64,000 nucleotides of DNA from Chloroflexota bacterium (GCA_036679085.1 JAZIGM010000005.1:204098-268097); one strand, 5' to 3'; counted from the first letter of the stretch, positions 25,750 to 36,386 are shown. The notes: a model not told the origin generated them from the letters alone. Program-made: numbers and translations.

Positions 25750-27393
25750 GTGTTGAAAGTAGAGACTGAAATTCTTGAGAACCGCCAGGCGCGGATCATC
25801 GCGACGGTTGAGCCCGAGCGTGTGCAGCAGGAATTGCGAAATGCCGCCCGCCGGATCGCCAAGAAGGTCAACATCCCCGGCTTCCGCAAGGGTAAGGCCC
25901 CTTATCACATCATTGCTCAGTTCGTGGGCGAGGACTACCTTTTTGAAGAAGCCCTCGATGACCTGGGCCAGGCGGTCTACCAGGAGGCTCTTAAGGAAAG
26001 CGGCGTCGAGCCGTACTCTGCCGGTATACTGGAGAACATTGAGCGCGAGCCGCTCACCATGACGTTCACCGTACCGCTCGTGCCTGAGATCCAGCTTGGC
26101 GACTACCGCAGCATCCGCCTCGACTACGAGGAACCGGAGGTGTCGGAAGAAGAGGTCGAGCGGACGCTGCAGGAGCTTCGCGATCAGAACGCAACCCTCA
26201 CCCCGGTAGAGCGTGCCATCCAGATGGGCGACATCGCCCTGCTCGACATTAAGGGCACGCTGGTGCGCGGTGAGGACGACGAAGAGGCGGACAAGGCTGA
26301 AGGCGAGGATGAGAAGGCGCAGGAGCGCAACAACATCTGGCTGAACCGCATCGACGTCCGCGTTAAGATTGCCGAGGATGCCACCTACCCTGTGGCGGGC
26401 TTCCCCCAGAAGGTGGTCGGCATGGCTGCGGGCGACGAGTCGTCGTTTGAGATCTCGTTCGGCGAAGAAGAAGATGTACCCGAGGCGCTGCGCGGCAAGA
26501 CGCTGCACTTCGAAGTCAAGTGCAAAGAGGTTTACGAATACAGCGCGCCCGAACTCGACGACGAGTTCGCAAAGGAAGTCGCCGACTTCGAGACGCTTGA
26601 GGAACTGCGTGCGGACATCCGCAAGGAGCTGGAGCAGGCCGCCCGCCGCAGCCGCCGCAACGAGTACCTGAACAGGATTTTCGACGAGCTGTTCGAGAAG
26701 GAACTCGTGCGTGTGGAGTACCCTGAGGTGATGCTCGAAGAGCAGATCGACCACATGATCCGCGACTTCGAAAGCCAGCTTCGCCAGCAGGGGCTGAGCC
26801 TCAAAGAGTACCGGAAGCTGCAGAAGGTTACCGACCAGCAGATACGCGACGACATGCGCGAGGAAGCCAAGCGGCAGCTTAAGCAGGCGCTGGCTCTGGG
26901 GGAGATCGCTGAGGCGGAAGAACTCAGCGTGAAGGAAGCCGAGATCGACGCCGAGATCGAGGAGATGATCCGGCCATTCGGTGAGCAGGCGGAGTTTGCT
27001 CGTCAGCTCTTCTCCTCCCCGGAGAGCCGTAACTCGATTGCAAACCGGATACTCGCTGAAAAGACCCTTGACCGGCTGATCGCCATCGCGCGTGGTGAAA
27101 ACCCGCCGATCGGTGAGCCTGTCGTCGAGGAAGAGGAAGCTGCAGAAGAGGAAGTGACCGCCGACGCGGACGCTGAAGCGGTGGCAGAAGCAGAAGTTCA
27201 GGCTAACGCCGAGCTTGAGGCCGAGGCTGCCGCCGAGACTGCCGTGGCGGATGAGGAGGTCGAGGCAGCCGAGGAACAGCCGGAGGCTGCCGCAGAAGCG
27301 CCGACTGAAGCGGAAACTGATAATGGTAATGAAGACGTAGATGTTGATGGTTCTGAAGAACCGGGCACAACTGAGACTGGTACCCTTGAGTAA
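25750..27393 (+). CDS. tig: Trigger factor with a long acidic C-terminal tail
   Basis: ORF 25669.. trimmed to the GTG at 25750 (AAGGGA RBS upstream), giving MLKVETEILENRQARI. Ribosome-binding signature GFRKGKAP. Followed by clpP-clpX. Confidence 0.93.
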   Translation: MLKVETEILENRQARIIATVEPERVQQELRNAARRIAKKVNIPGFRKGKAPYHIIAQFVGEDYLFEEALDDLGQAVYQEALKESGVEPYSAGILENIEREPLTMTFTVPLVPEIQLGDYRSIRLDYEEPEVSEEEVERTLQELRDQNATLTPVERAIQMGDIALLDIKGTLVRGEDDEEADKAEGEDEKAQERNNIWLNRIDVRVKIAEDATYPVAGFPQKVVGMAAGDESSFEISFGEEEDVPEALRGKTLHFEVKCKEVYEYSAPELDDEFAKEVADFETLEELRADIRKELEQAARRSRRNEYLNRIFDELFEKELVRVEYPEVMLEEQIDHMIRDFESQLRQQGLSLKEYRKLQKVTDQQIRDDMREEAKRQLKQALALGEIAEAEELSVKEAEIDAEIEEMIRPFGEQAEFARQLFSSPESRNSIANRILAEKTLDRLIAIARGENPPIGEPVVEEEEAAEEEVTADADAEAVAEAEVQANAELEAEAAAETAVADEEVEAAEEQPEAAAEAPTEAETDNGNEDVDVDGSEEPGTTETGTLE

Positions 27394-27428
27394 GCGTTTA
27401 GCCCGGAGCACCGAAAGGAGCACACTGC

Positions 27429-28034
27429 ATGACCTCGTCAATCCCTAGTAGCCTGGTCCCGATGGTGATCGAGAGCACCGGTCGTGGCGAGCGCGCCTAC
27501 GACATCTTCTCCCTGCTGCTCAAAGAGCGCATCGTGATGGTCGGGACAGCCATCAATGATCAGATCGCCAACCTCGTGGTGGCCCAGCTCCTGTTCCTTG
27601 ACCGTGAGGACCCGGAGAAGGAAATCCAGATGTTCATCAACTCACCCGGCGGCGTGATCTACGCGGGCCTCGGCATCTACGACACGATGCAGCAGATCTC
27701 CGCGCCGATCAGCACCGTCGCGGTCGGGTTCACGGCCAGCTTCGGCACCGTCCTGCTGACCGCCGGCGCGAAGGGCCGCCGGTTCGCACTGCCGAACGCT
27801 ACGATCCACCTGCACCAGCCGCTCGGCGGCGCGCAGGGTCAGGCCACCGACATCGAGATCCAGGCAAGGGAGATCCTGCGCCTGCGCGAGCGCCTGAACA
27901 CCATCCTCTCGCATCATACCGGGCAGCCGGTCGAGAAGATTGCGGAAGATACCGAGCGCGATATCTTCCTGACGGCGCAAGAAGCGGTTGAGTACGGTCT
28001 GATCGACGGCGTTCTCGAAACACGGACTAAGTAG
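27429..28034 (+). CDS. clpP: ATP-dependent Clp protease proteolytic subunit
   Basis: [15 protein letters not shown], catalytic Ser context (GFTASFG) and His context (IHLHQPLGG). Confidence 0.97.
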   Translation: MTSSIPSSLVPMVIESTGRGERAYDIFSLLLKERIVMVGTAINDQIANLVVAQLLFLDREDPEKEIQMFINSPGGVIYAGLGIYDTMQQISAPISTVAVGFTASFGTVLLTAGAKGRRFALPNATIHLHQPLGGAQGQATDIEIQAREILRLRERLNTILSHHTGQPVEKIAEDTERDIFLTAQEAVEYGLIDGVLETRTK

Positions 28035-28061
28035 CAAGTTCTCGAAGAGACAAGGTTTTTT

Positions 28062-29336
<1,275 letters not shown>

Positions 29337-29361
29337 CGAGACGACTATCCGACAAACAAAC

Positions 29362-29394
29362 ACGGGACGGCGTTGTAAGTTTGCGCCGTCCCGT
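29362..29394. terminator. Bidirectional terminator hairpin between clpX (+) and the MBL hydrolase gene (-)
   Basis: acgggacggcg, 11 nt loop, cgccgtcccgt. T-rich on the minus side (GTTTGTTTGT) and weaker on the plus side (TGTGATT). Confidence 0.65.
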
Positions 29395-29440
29395 TGTGAT
29401 TCAAGCGTGTGTTCAGGCGCGATGCGCCCTGCCCCCGCTG

Positions 29441-30103
29441 CTACGAGATGTACATGCGGTCGTTCTCGATCTCAAGCTCAACAGCCTGCACCCCGCCGTT
29501 GACCGCCTGCACGAACAGCCGCCCGTAGTCGCGGCTGCCGGGCACCTCGCGCCCGTAGTGCATGGGAATGGCGATCTGCGGCCTGATGATCCTCGTTGCC
29601 TCGGCTGCCTCCTCGTAGTCCATTGTGTACCTGCCGCCAACCGGCAGCAGCGCGATGTCGCAGCCAATCTTCTCCATCTCGGGGATGAGTTCGGTGTCCC
29701 CCGCAAAGTAGATGTCGTACCGCATCAGCGAGATGATGAAGCCCAGCCCTCCATAGCTCTTATCGTGGTAAGCGTGGTTCGGCGTGTAGGCGGGCACTGC
29801 GCGCACCCCCACCCGCAAACAGGGCGTCGCCCCGGCCTGCCAGGGCCGCAGAAGCTGCACCGGCCAGGTCAGCCGGTCAACCACGCGCCGGTTGCCAAAG
29901 ATAAGCGTCTTCTCCTGGTAAATACGGGCGATATCCTCCGGAGAGCAGTGATCCGGATGGTCATGGCTGATCAGAATCAGGTCGGCTCGCGGCGAGTCCG
30001 CGGGGAGGTGCCGGGGATCAATGTATACCACCGGTCCGTCCTCATGCGGCGGGCCGTTGATTCGAAAACTGGCATGCCCCAGCCAGTGGATCCGCTCCAG
30101 CAT
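29441..30103 (-). CDS. MBL-fold metallo-hydrolase
   Basis: HxHxDH motif (ISHDHPDH). AGGAGGG RBS. Confidence 0.85.
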   Translation of the reverse strand: MLERIHWLGHASFRINGPPHEDGPVVYIDPRHLPADSPRADLILISHDHPDHCSPEDIARIYQEKTLIFGNRRVVDRLTWPVQLLRPWQAGATPCLRVGVRAVPAYTPNHAYHDKSYGGLGFIISLMRYDIYFAGDTELIPEMEKIGCDIALLPVGGRYTMDYEEAAEATRIIRPQIAIPMHYGREVPGSRDYGRLFVQAVNGGVQAVELEIENDRMYIS

Positions 30104-30206
30104 ACGCCCTCCTGTAGGGTTTCACGCGTTCAACATGGGCTTGGAGTTGACGCCTGGGGTGGCAGGTACACGGACGACGATCTCCAGGCGTATCGCATTG
30201 GCGGTC

Positions 30207-30215
30207 ATTTTAACA
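30207..30215 (-). promoter_or_regulatory. Candidate extended -10 promoter (TGtTAAAAT) for the MBL hydrolase gene
   Basis: Read on the minus strand. Followed by a ~95 nt leader containing an 8 bp stem (acgcctgg/ccaggcgt). Confidence 0.35.
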
Positions 30216-30282
30216 GGTCGGCGCGCGCCTCGCACGACGGATTCCCTACTGTCACACGGCGCTCTCGCCGCCCGCCACCGGG

Positions 30283-30311
30283 TTGATTGCTCAATCTGGC
30301 ACGGCTATAAT
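30283..30311 (+). promoter_or_regulatory. Candidate promoter for the aminotransferase-AAA operon
   Basis: TTGATT, 17 nt spacer, TATAAT. Confidence 0.55.
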
Positions 30312-30339
30312 GCCCTCACAGCAGACCCAGTAACAGGAG

Positions 30340-31545
30340 ATGATACCCGTGAGCGCCTCTACTGTCCACACGCCGGCTTATGATATCAGCGCCGTCCGTC
30401 GCCACTTTGAGGTCACCGAGCGCGGCATCGCCTATTTCAACCATGCCGGGATATCCCCACTTCCGCGCCCCGTGAGGCAGGCAATAGTTGACGTTCTCGA
30501 CGCACTGGCCGCCGGCGGCAGCACCGTCTTCCGCGACGTGCTCGATCCGCTGATGGAGGAGCTGCCGCGCCGGGTCGCGCAGCTTGTCAACGCACAGCCC
30601 GGCGAGGTCACCTTTGTGCCGAACACCTCAACCGGGATGAACCTCATCGCGCAGAGCCTGCCGCTTCAGGAGGGCGATAACATCATCCTGTGCGATGTGG
30701 AGTTCCCCGCCAACGTCTACCCCTGGATGAACCTCCGGCGCAAGGGGGTGACCACGCGCCTCGTGCCCGCCGTGGACGGCGGCCTGTCGCTTGAAGCAAT
30801 TGAGGCGGCGCGTGACGAGCGCTCGCGGGTTGTGGCAGTGAGCGCGGTTCAGTTCTTTACGGGCCGTCGCGAAGACCTCGCCGCTATCGGGCGCTACTGT
30901 GCGGAACGCGGTCTGTGGCTGGTCGTCGATGCCATTCAGGGGGCGGGCCTCGTGCCGATCGACATGCAGGCTATGGGCATCCACGCACTCGCGGCGGGCG
31001 GTCAGAAGGCGCTCTGTGGCCCGCCAGGCCAGGGCTTCATGGTCGTGCGCGAGGAACTCATCGAGCAGATGGAACCGATCTTCATGGGGCCGCTGTCCGT
31101 CGTCAACTGGCAGCACTGGCTGAACTATGACACAACGCTCCAGCCGCTCGCCGCGCGCTTCCAGACCGGGACAACCAACCTGGCCGGGCTGGCGGGGCTT
31201 AATGCCGCGCTGGGGCTCCTGCTTGACCTCGGCGTTGAGAACATCGCCGACTGGGTGACGCATCTCAGCAATATCGCCATCGACGAGCTTACCGCGCGCG
31301 GCTTCCGCGTGATCACCCCGCGCGAGCCGGAGCGGCACGCCAACATTGTCACACTGGCCTGGCCCGGAGAGCCCGCACCCGTAGTCGAGGCATTGCAGCA
31401 GGAGGGCATCGTACTGTGCGAACACCGCGATGCTCAGAACAATCCCTACTTGCGGGTCTCATCGCACTGTTATAACACTGAGGCAGAAATTCACCGTGTT
31501 ATACAGAGCCTTGAGGACCACCTAAATGCCCACGAACAGCATTAA
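30340..31545 (+). CDS. Class V (cysteine desulfurase-like) PLP-dependent aminotransferase
   Basis: Fold-type I features and a PLP-Lys context (AAGGQKALCGPPG). The GTG at 30349 has better spacing from the AGGAG box and may be the true start. Confidence 0.82.
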   Translation: MIPVSASTVHTPAYDISAVRRHFEVTERGIAYFNHAGISPLPRPVRQAIVDVLDALAAGGSTVFRDVLDPLMEELPRRVAQLVNAQPGEVTFVPNTSTGMNLIAQSLPLQEGDNIILCDVEFPANVYPWMNLRRKGVTTRLVPAVDGGLSLEAIEAARDERSRVVAVSAVQFFTGRREDLAAIGRYCAERGLWLVVDAIQGAGLVPIDMQAMGIHALAAGGQKALCGPPGQGFMVVREELIEQMEPIFMGPLSVVNWQHWLNYDTTLQPLAARFQTGTTNLAGLAGLNAALGLLLDLGVENIADWVTHLSNIAIDELTARGFRVITPREPERHANIVTLAWPGEPAPVVEALQQEGIVLCEHRDAQNNPYLRVSSHCYNTEAEIHRVIQSLEDHLNAHEQH

Positions 31546-32926
31546 ACCGACCGCGGCGCAGATCGCGCAGCAGCAGGCTGCGCGGCGTCAGAGCGGGGCC
31601 CTATCGCAGCAGTACGCGGCTGATCCCGGCGAACGCTACGGCATCGGCACCGGCGAGAACTGGTCACCGCCGCCGGTCAAAAGCCTGGACGATACCGGGC
31701 TGAACATCTTCTACCTCTCCGAGCTTGTGCTCAAGGTGCTGTACTTCAGCGGTTTCAAGTCCGGCTACGGCATAGCGGAGAGTATCAAGCTGCCCTTCGC
31801 CGGTGTCGTAGACCAGGTGATGGAGTTTCTCAAGCGCGAGCGCCTGGTCGAGGTGCGCGGCAGCGGGGGCTTCGGCGAAGGGGCCTACCAGTACGTCATC
31901 ACCAGCGGCGGCATCGAGAAGGCGCGCGAGGCGCTGGAGCGCTCGCAGTACGCCGGGCCTGCGCCCGTGCCGCTCTCCTTCTACACGCGGTCCGTGCGAG
32001 AACAGCACCGCCGCATCCACGTCACGAAGGAGGTTCTGACCCGTTCGCTGTCGCATCTCATCGTCAGCGAGGAAGTCCTGGAGAAAGTCGGCCCGGCGGC
32101 GAACTCCGGCAAGTCCATCTTCCTGTTCGGCCCACCGGGCAACGGCAAGACGGCCATCTCCGAGGCGGTCGGGCGCGTCGTGCTCGGAAGCAGCATGTAC
32201 ATCCCCTACGCCGTTGACATCGACGGGCAGATCGTGCGGGTGTACGACAGCGTTAACCACGAGGTGCTTGAAGATGACGAGTACCGGGGCACGGGCTCGG
32301 TCAGCAACCGCCCGGACCCGCGCTGGGTCAAGATCAAGCGCCCGGTGGTGATGGTCGGTGGCGAACTGACGCTGGAGACGCTTGACCTCGTGTACGACCC
32401 GATCAACAAGTACTACGAGGCGCCCTTCCAGATGAAGGCCAACGGCGGCATGTTCCTGATCGACGACTTTGGCCGCCAGCAGGTCCGGCCTGCCGACCTG
32501 CTCAACCGTTGGATCGTCCCGCTTGAGAAGCGGGTGGACTTCCTGACGCTGGCAAACGGACGCAAGATCGAGATTCCCTTCGACGTGATGGTCGTGTTCT
32601 CAACCAACCTCGACCCCGCCGATCTGGTCGACGAGGCGTTCCTGCGCCGTATCCGCCACAAGATCGAGATCACCGACCCCTCGTTCGAGGAGTACCGAGA
32701 GATCTTCATTCGCGTGGCAAAGAGCCGTGGCCTGCCGTACAATGATCAGGCGCTGGCCTACCTGCTGCAGGAGTGGTACATCAAGCACAACCGTCCGCTG
32801 CGCGGCAGCCACCCGCGCGACCTCATCGACCAGATGAAGGACATTGCCAGTTATCTGGCAGTTCCGTTCGAAATGAGCAAGAATCTGATCGACCGCGCCG
32901 CGGCCAGCTATTTTGTCAATCTATAG
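31526..32926 (+). CDS. AAA+ ATPase (classical-clade-like single AAA module) with a ~200 aa N-terminal domain
   Basis: Walker A (GPPGNGKT), Walker B-like (MFLIDDFGRQ), SRH-like region (STNLDPADLVDEAFLRRIRHKIEI). Overlaps the upstream gene by 20 nt. Confidence 0.8.
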   Translation: MPTNSIKPTAAQIAQQQAARRQSGALSQQYAADPGERYGIGTGENWSPPPVKSLDDTGLNIFYLSELVLKVLYFSGFKSGYGIAESIKLPFAGVVDQVMEFLKRERLVEVRGSGGFGEGAYQYVITSGGIEKAREALERSQYAGPAPVPLSFYTRSVREQHRRIHVTKEVLTRSLSHLIVSEEVLEKVGPAANSGKSIFLFGPPGNGKTAISEAVGRVVLGSSMYIPYAVDIDGQIVRVYDSVNHEVLEDDEYRGTGSVSNRPDPRWVKIKRPVVMVGGELTLETLDLVYDPINKYYEAPFQMKANGGMFLIDDFGRQQVRPADLLNRWIVPLEKRVDFLTLANGRKIEIPFDVMVVFSTNLDPADLVDEAFLRRIRHKIEITDPSFEEYREIFIRVAKSRGLPYNDQALAYLLQEWYIKHNRPLRGSHPRDLIDQMKDIASYLAVPFEMSKNLIDRAAASYFVNL

Positions 32927-32945
32927 CGACGCCTGAGAACCTGTA

Positions 32946-32986
32946 ACACAGGCTCCCGCGCGTCGCTGGAGCCTGTGTTTATTTGT
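32946..32986 (+). terminator. Rho-independent terminator after the AAA gene
   Basis: acacaggctcc, 11 nt loop, ggagcctgtgt, followed by TTATTTGT. Confidence 0.7.
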
Positions 32987-33783
32987 ATGCCCTTATGCCA
33001 CTACATGGACTCCCGCTAACCGATTTCTACCAGGGCCGCACGCTGAACTTCGCGCATCGCGGCGCACGCACCGTCGCACCGGAGAACACGCTCGCCGCCT
33101 TCAGACTGGCGGCAGACCAGGGCGCGGACGGCGTTGAGCTCGACGTGCAGTTGAGCGCCGACGGCCAGATCGTCGTGATCCATAACGATACGGTCGACGC
33201 CACGACGGACGGCACCGGCCCGGTCGCGCAAATGCCGCTCGCGGCGCTGCGCGAACTGGATGCCGGGTCATATTTCTCACCGGAATTTGCCGGGGAGCGC
33301 ATCCCGACGCTCGACGAAGTTTTCGAGGAATTCGGCCACCGCCTGCTGCTCAACGTCGAGTTGAAGGCGCTCTCGGTGACCGGCAACAGCGCCCGCAGGC
33401 TTGCCGCCGCCGTCGTTGACGCTATCCGGCGGCATGGCCTCGCCTCCCGCGTGCTGCTGTCATCCTTCAACCCGCTCGCGCTGCGCGCCGTCAAGCGGAT
33501 CGACCGCAGCCTGCCCGTTGGCTACCTCTACGCGCCTGACCTGCCGCTGCCGCTTGCCAGAGGCTGGCTCGCCCCGCTCATCGGCAGGCATGAGGCACGG
33601 CACCCGCATCACTCGATGGTTGACGCGCCCTACATGCAGTGGGCGCGCCGCCGCGCCTATCGTGTCAACGTGTGGACGGTCAACGACGTAGAGGATATCC
33701 GCCGAATGCGCGATCTCGGCGTTGACATGATCATCAGCGACCGGCCCGATCTCGTACAGGATGTGCTGCAGGGCGAGCGTTAG
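32983..33783 (+). CDS. Glycerophosphodiester phosphodiesterase (GDPD family)
   Basis: NFAHRGA...PENTLAAF...GADGVELDVQLSADGQIVVIHNDTVD. The track start is a TTG inside the terminator, so the ATG at 32995 (MPLHGLPL) is more likely. Confidence 0.85.
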   Translation: MYALMPLHGLPLTDFYQGRTLNFAHRGARTVAPENTLAAFRLAADQGADGVELDVQLSADGQIVVIHNDTVDATTDGTGPVAQMPLAALRELDAGSYFSPEFAGERIPTLDEVFEEFGHRLLLNVELKALSVTGNSARRLAAAVVDAIRRHGLASRVLLSSFNPLALRAVKRIDRSLPVGYLYAPDLPLPLARGWLAPLIGRHEARHPHHSMVDAPYMQWARRRAYRVNVWTVNDVEDIRRMRDLGVDMIISDRPDLVQDVLQGER

Positions 33784-33827
33784 CCCGCCCTGTTCCGCCA
33801 CCGACACCCTATGGAAGAAAGGAACTC

Positions 33828-34700
33828 GTGATGCTGCGCCAGATTATTGTCAACGCCGACGACTTCGGCTATACGCCCGGCGTTTCACAGGGGATACTGG
33901 AAGCCCACCTCAACGGGATCGTTACCTCGACAAGTGTGATGGTCAACATGCCCGCCGCCGAGCAGTGGGTCAAAACCGCGCTGAAAGAAGCCCCCGACCT
34001 CGGGCTGGGCCTGCATCTGAACCTCACAACCGGGCGTCCCGTCTCCCGGCTGGAGGACGTCGAGGGCCTTGTCGACGCCGACGGCGTTTTTTACCCGAAG
34101 CACGAACTGCTCAACCGGCTGCCCACAATCGACCCGGCATACGTCGAGCGCGAGCTTCTCGCACAGGTCGCCCGCTTTGAGCAGCTTACCGGGCGGCTGC
34201 CCGACCACCTCGACAGCCACCACCACATCACCTATATGAGCCCGCCAACGATGAAGCTGATGGCCAAGCTCGCGCGGGAGCTTGAAGTGCCGATGCGCAG
34301 GCCGCTGCCCGGCGGCGACGACATCAGCGCGGCAGCCGACTTCCTCGAGGCGCTGGGCGGCTTCACCAACCGTGTCTACGTCGAGGAGCTTGCTGCGGTG
34401 ATCCAGGGCTATACCACGCACATCAGCACGCCGATGCCCGACCACCTTAACGTCGAGTTTCACGGCGAGCAGACCACGCTCGGCGATCTGCTGCTGATCT
34501 TGCTGCACGTACCCGAGGGCATCACCGAGCTGGTGTGCCACCCCGGACATGTGGACGACGAACTGCGGCAGACGGCCAGCTACGTCGAGCCGCGCGAAGC
34601 GGAGCTTGCCGCGCTGACCCACCCCAGCGCGCGCGAACTCCTCAACAGCGAGTTTATCCAACTGCTCAACTTCGGTGATTTGAAGCTCTTTGCCCGGTGA
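33828..34700 (+). CDS. ChbG/YdjC-family carbohydrate deacetylase
   Basis: IIVNADDFGYTPGVSQGILEAHLNGIVTSTSVM (YdjC signature), and HLDSHHH. Confidence 0.85.
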   Translation: MMLRQIIVNADDFGYTPGVSQGILEAHLNGIVTSTSVMVNMPAAEQWVKTALKEAPDLGLGLHLNLTTGRPVSRLEDVEGLVDADGVFYPKHELLNRLPTIDPAYVERELLAQVARFEQLTGRLPDHLDSHHHITYMSPPTMKLMAKLARELEVPMRRPLPGGDDISAAADFLEALGGFTNRVYVEELAAVIQGYTTHISTPMPDHLNVEFHGEQTTLGDLLLILLHVPEGITELVCHPGHVDDELRQTASYVEPREAELAALTHPSARELLNSEFIQLLNFGDLKLFAR

Positions 34701-35362
34701 TGCGCTGGCTGATCCGGGCGTGGTGGGCGCTCATCCGCTTCGGGTTTCGCCTGCTCTACAACGAGCTGGCCTGGACGTATGACCTCGTGAGCCGGGTTGT
34801 GTCGCTCGGCCAGTGGCGAAGCTGGCAGCGAACGGCCATCCCGCACCTCGATGCACCGCCGGGGGCCATCGTGCTGGAGCTTGCACATGGCACCGGCGAC
34901 CTGCAAATCGACCTGACCCGGAACGGGCTGACGGCCTTCGCGCTGGACGTGTCCCGCGCGATGGGGCGCATCGCACGGCGCAAGCTGGCAAGGCATGGCA
35001 TGCCCGCCCGCCTCGTGCGCGCCGACGCCGGACGCATACCGTTCCCCGATGAGAGCGTGCGCGCCGTTGTGAGCACCTTCCCCACCGACTTCATCCTGCG
35101 GCCCGACGTGCTCGCCGAGGCTTACCGTGTGCTGGAGCCCGGCGGGCGGCTCGTCGTAGTGCTCAACGGCGTGCTAACGCTTAAATCCGCCCCGGCGCGC
35201 GCGCTGGAGTGGCTCTACCGGGTAACCGGGCAGCGCGAGCCATGGCCCGTCAGCGCGGCCAGCGTGTTCGAGGCAGCCGGCTTCCACGTCCAGAGGCACG
35301 TGGAAGAACTACCGAACAGCGCTGTCCTGCTCCTGGTTGCACGGAAAGCCAAGGGGGAGTAA
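34697..35362 (+). CDS. Class I SAM-dependent methyltransferase
   Basis: Motif I (VLELAHGTGD) and post-I/II motifs (LEPGGRLVVV). 4 nt overlap with the upstream gene. Confidence 0.8.
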   Translation: MMRWLIRAWWALIRFGFRLLYNELAWTYDLVSRVVSLGQWRSWQRTAIPHLDAPPGAIVLELAHGTGDLQIDLTRNGLTAFALDVSRAMGRIARRKLARHGMPARLVRADAGRIPFPDESVRAVVSTFPTDFILRPDVLAEAYRVLEPGGRLVVVLNGVLTLKSAPARALEWLYRVTGQREPWPVSAASVFEAAGFHVQRHVEELPNSAVLLLVARKAKGE

Positions 35363-35416
35363 GATGCGGGCACACATGCAGAGAGCGCCCTTTTACAAGC
35401 AAAATAGGAGAGGTCA

Positions 35417-35695
35417 ATGACCATCTCACCCACGTTTGTGTTCGGGCTGATGCTCGCCACGCTGCTCGGTGCGATGGCACACTTAATCCTCGGCGGGGGT
35501 GGCGGTCGCCTCCTGCTGCTGCTGGCAGCCGCCTGGCTTGGCTTCGCACTCGGCGAGGCAATTGGCGGCATTATGCGCATCAACGCGCTGTCCGTCGGGC
35601 CGCTGAACACGCTGGCGGCAGTGCTCGGCGCGCTGGTCGCGATCCTTGCAGCCGCCATCCTCTCAGGCAGGGAGCGTCACGACCCGGCGGCCTGA
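35417..35695 (+). CDS. Small hydrophobic membrane protein (92 aa)
   Basis: GGAGAGG RBS. About 3 TM segments rich in G/A/L. Confidence 0.55.
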   Translation: MTISPTFVFGLMLATLLGAMAHLILGGGGGRLLLLLAAAWLGFALGEAIGGIMRINALSVGPLNTLAAVLGALVAILAAAILSGRERHDPAA

Positions 35696-35735
35696 ACTGC
35701 CGCTTCTAAAATCTACCTAAATATCGAGGCCCGCC

Positions 35736-35764
35736 TACACAGCCCATTCCCCCTATGCTATAAT
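35736..35764 (+). promoter_or_regulatory. Candidate promoter (TACACA, 17 nt spacer, TGcTATAAT) with a long untranslated leader
   Basis: Read directly. The downstream ATG is about 105 nt away. Confidence 0.5.
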
Positions 35765-35876
35765 GAAATCTGCGGATAGGGGTGGGCTTATTTGGCGTGC
35801 CTCGCCGTGCCAGATGGCACGACTCTCTCATTCCGCTAGCTGACAATCGCAACCATCAAGGGAGGGAATATGCGTC

Positions 35877-36383
35877 ATGAGTGATATGCCCCGAAAGATT
35901 GAAGCGCCAGAGAAAGACACCGGGCAGGTTCCCTCCGCTGTCTGGTGGATCGTCGGCGGGCTGATCGGGTTCGTCTTGCTGCTCATCATCGGGGCGATCG
36001 TCCTGACCATCTTCGCCGAATCGGTCGCGCTGGCCGTACAGGTCGTCCGCGACGTGTTCATCATCTCCGCACTGCTGGCCCTGCTCGTGACGCTCGTCGC
36101 CGTCGCGGTGCTCGTCGTACAGACCGCCCGTTATGTCACCCTGCTGATACATGAGAGCGAGCCCATCATCACCGGCACTCAGGACACGGTACGAGTGCTG
36201 CGGGGGACGGCCTACTTCCTGTCCAAGCACCTGACCGACCCTGTCATGAAGGCTGCTTCGGCAGCGCGGGGGGTCAGCCGGGCGCTAGGCCACGCGAATG
36301 CCATCCGCAGGAATACAGGCTGGGCACCGTTCTCCACGTACGTTGACGATTCGACAGCCGACGACGAGGCAGACGGCGTCTAA
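35877..36383 (+). CDS. Hypothetical membrane protein (2 TM helices plus a helical C-terminal region; possibly DUF948-like)
   Basis: GGGAGGG RBS 10 nt upstream. TM helices VWWIVGGLIGFVLLLIIGAIVLTIF and FIISALLALLVTLVAVAVLVV. Adjacent to the YtxH gene, as in Firmicute ytxG-ytxH pairs. Confidence 0.6.
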   Translation: MSDMPRKIEAPEKDTGQVPSAVWWIVGGLIGFVLLLIIGAIVLTIFAESVALAVQVVRDVFIISALLALLVTLVAVAVLVVQTARYVTLLIHESEPIITGTQDTVRVLRGTAYFLSKHLTDPVMKAASAARGVSRALGHANAIRRNTGWAPFSTYVDDSTADDEADGV

Positions 36384-36386
36384 TAT

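Noticed and set aside
25735-27441. 568-aa ORF antisense to the entire tig gene.
   Set aside because: The sense strand encodes an unmistakable trigger factor. The antisense product is low-complexity (L/R/F/G-rich), has no RBS or promoter of its own, and the frame is open simply because stop codons are AT-rich in GC-rich coding DNA.
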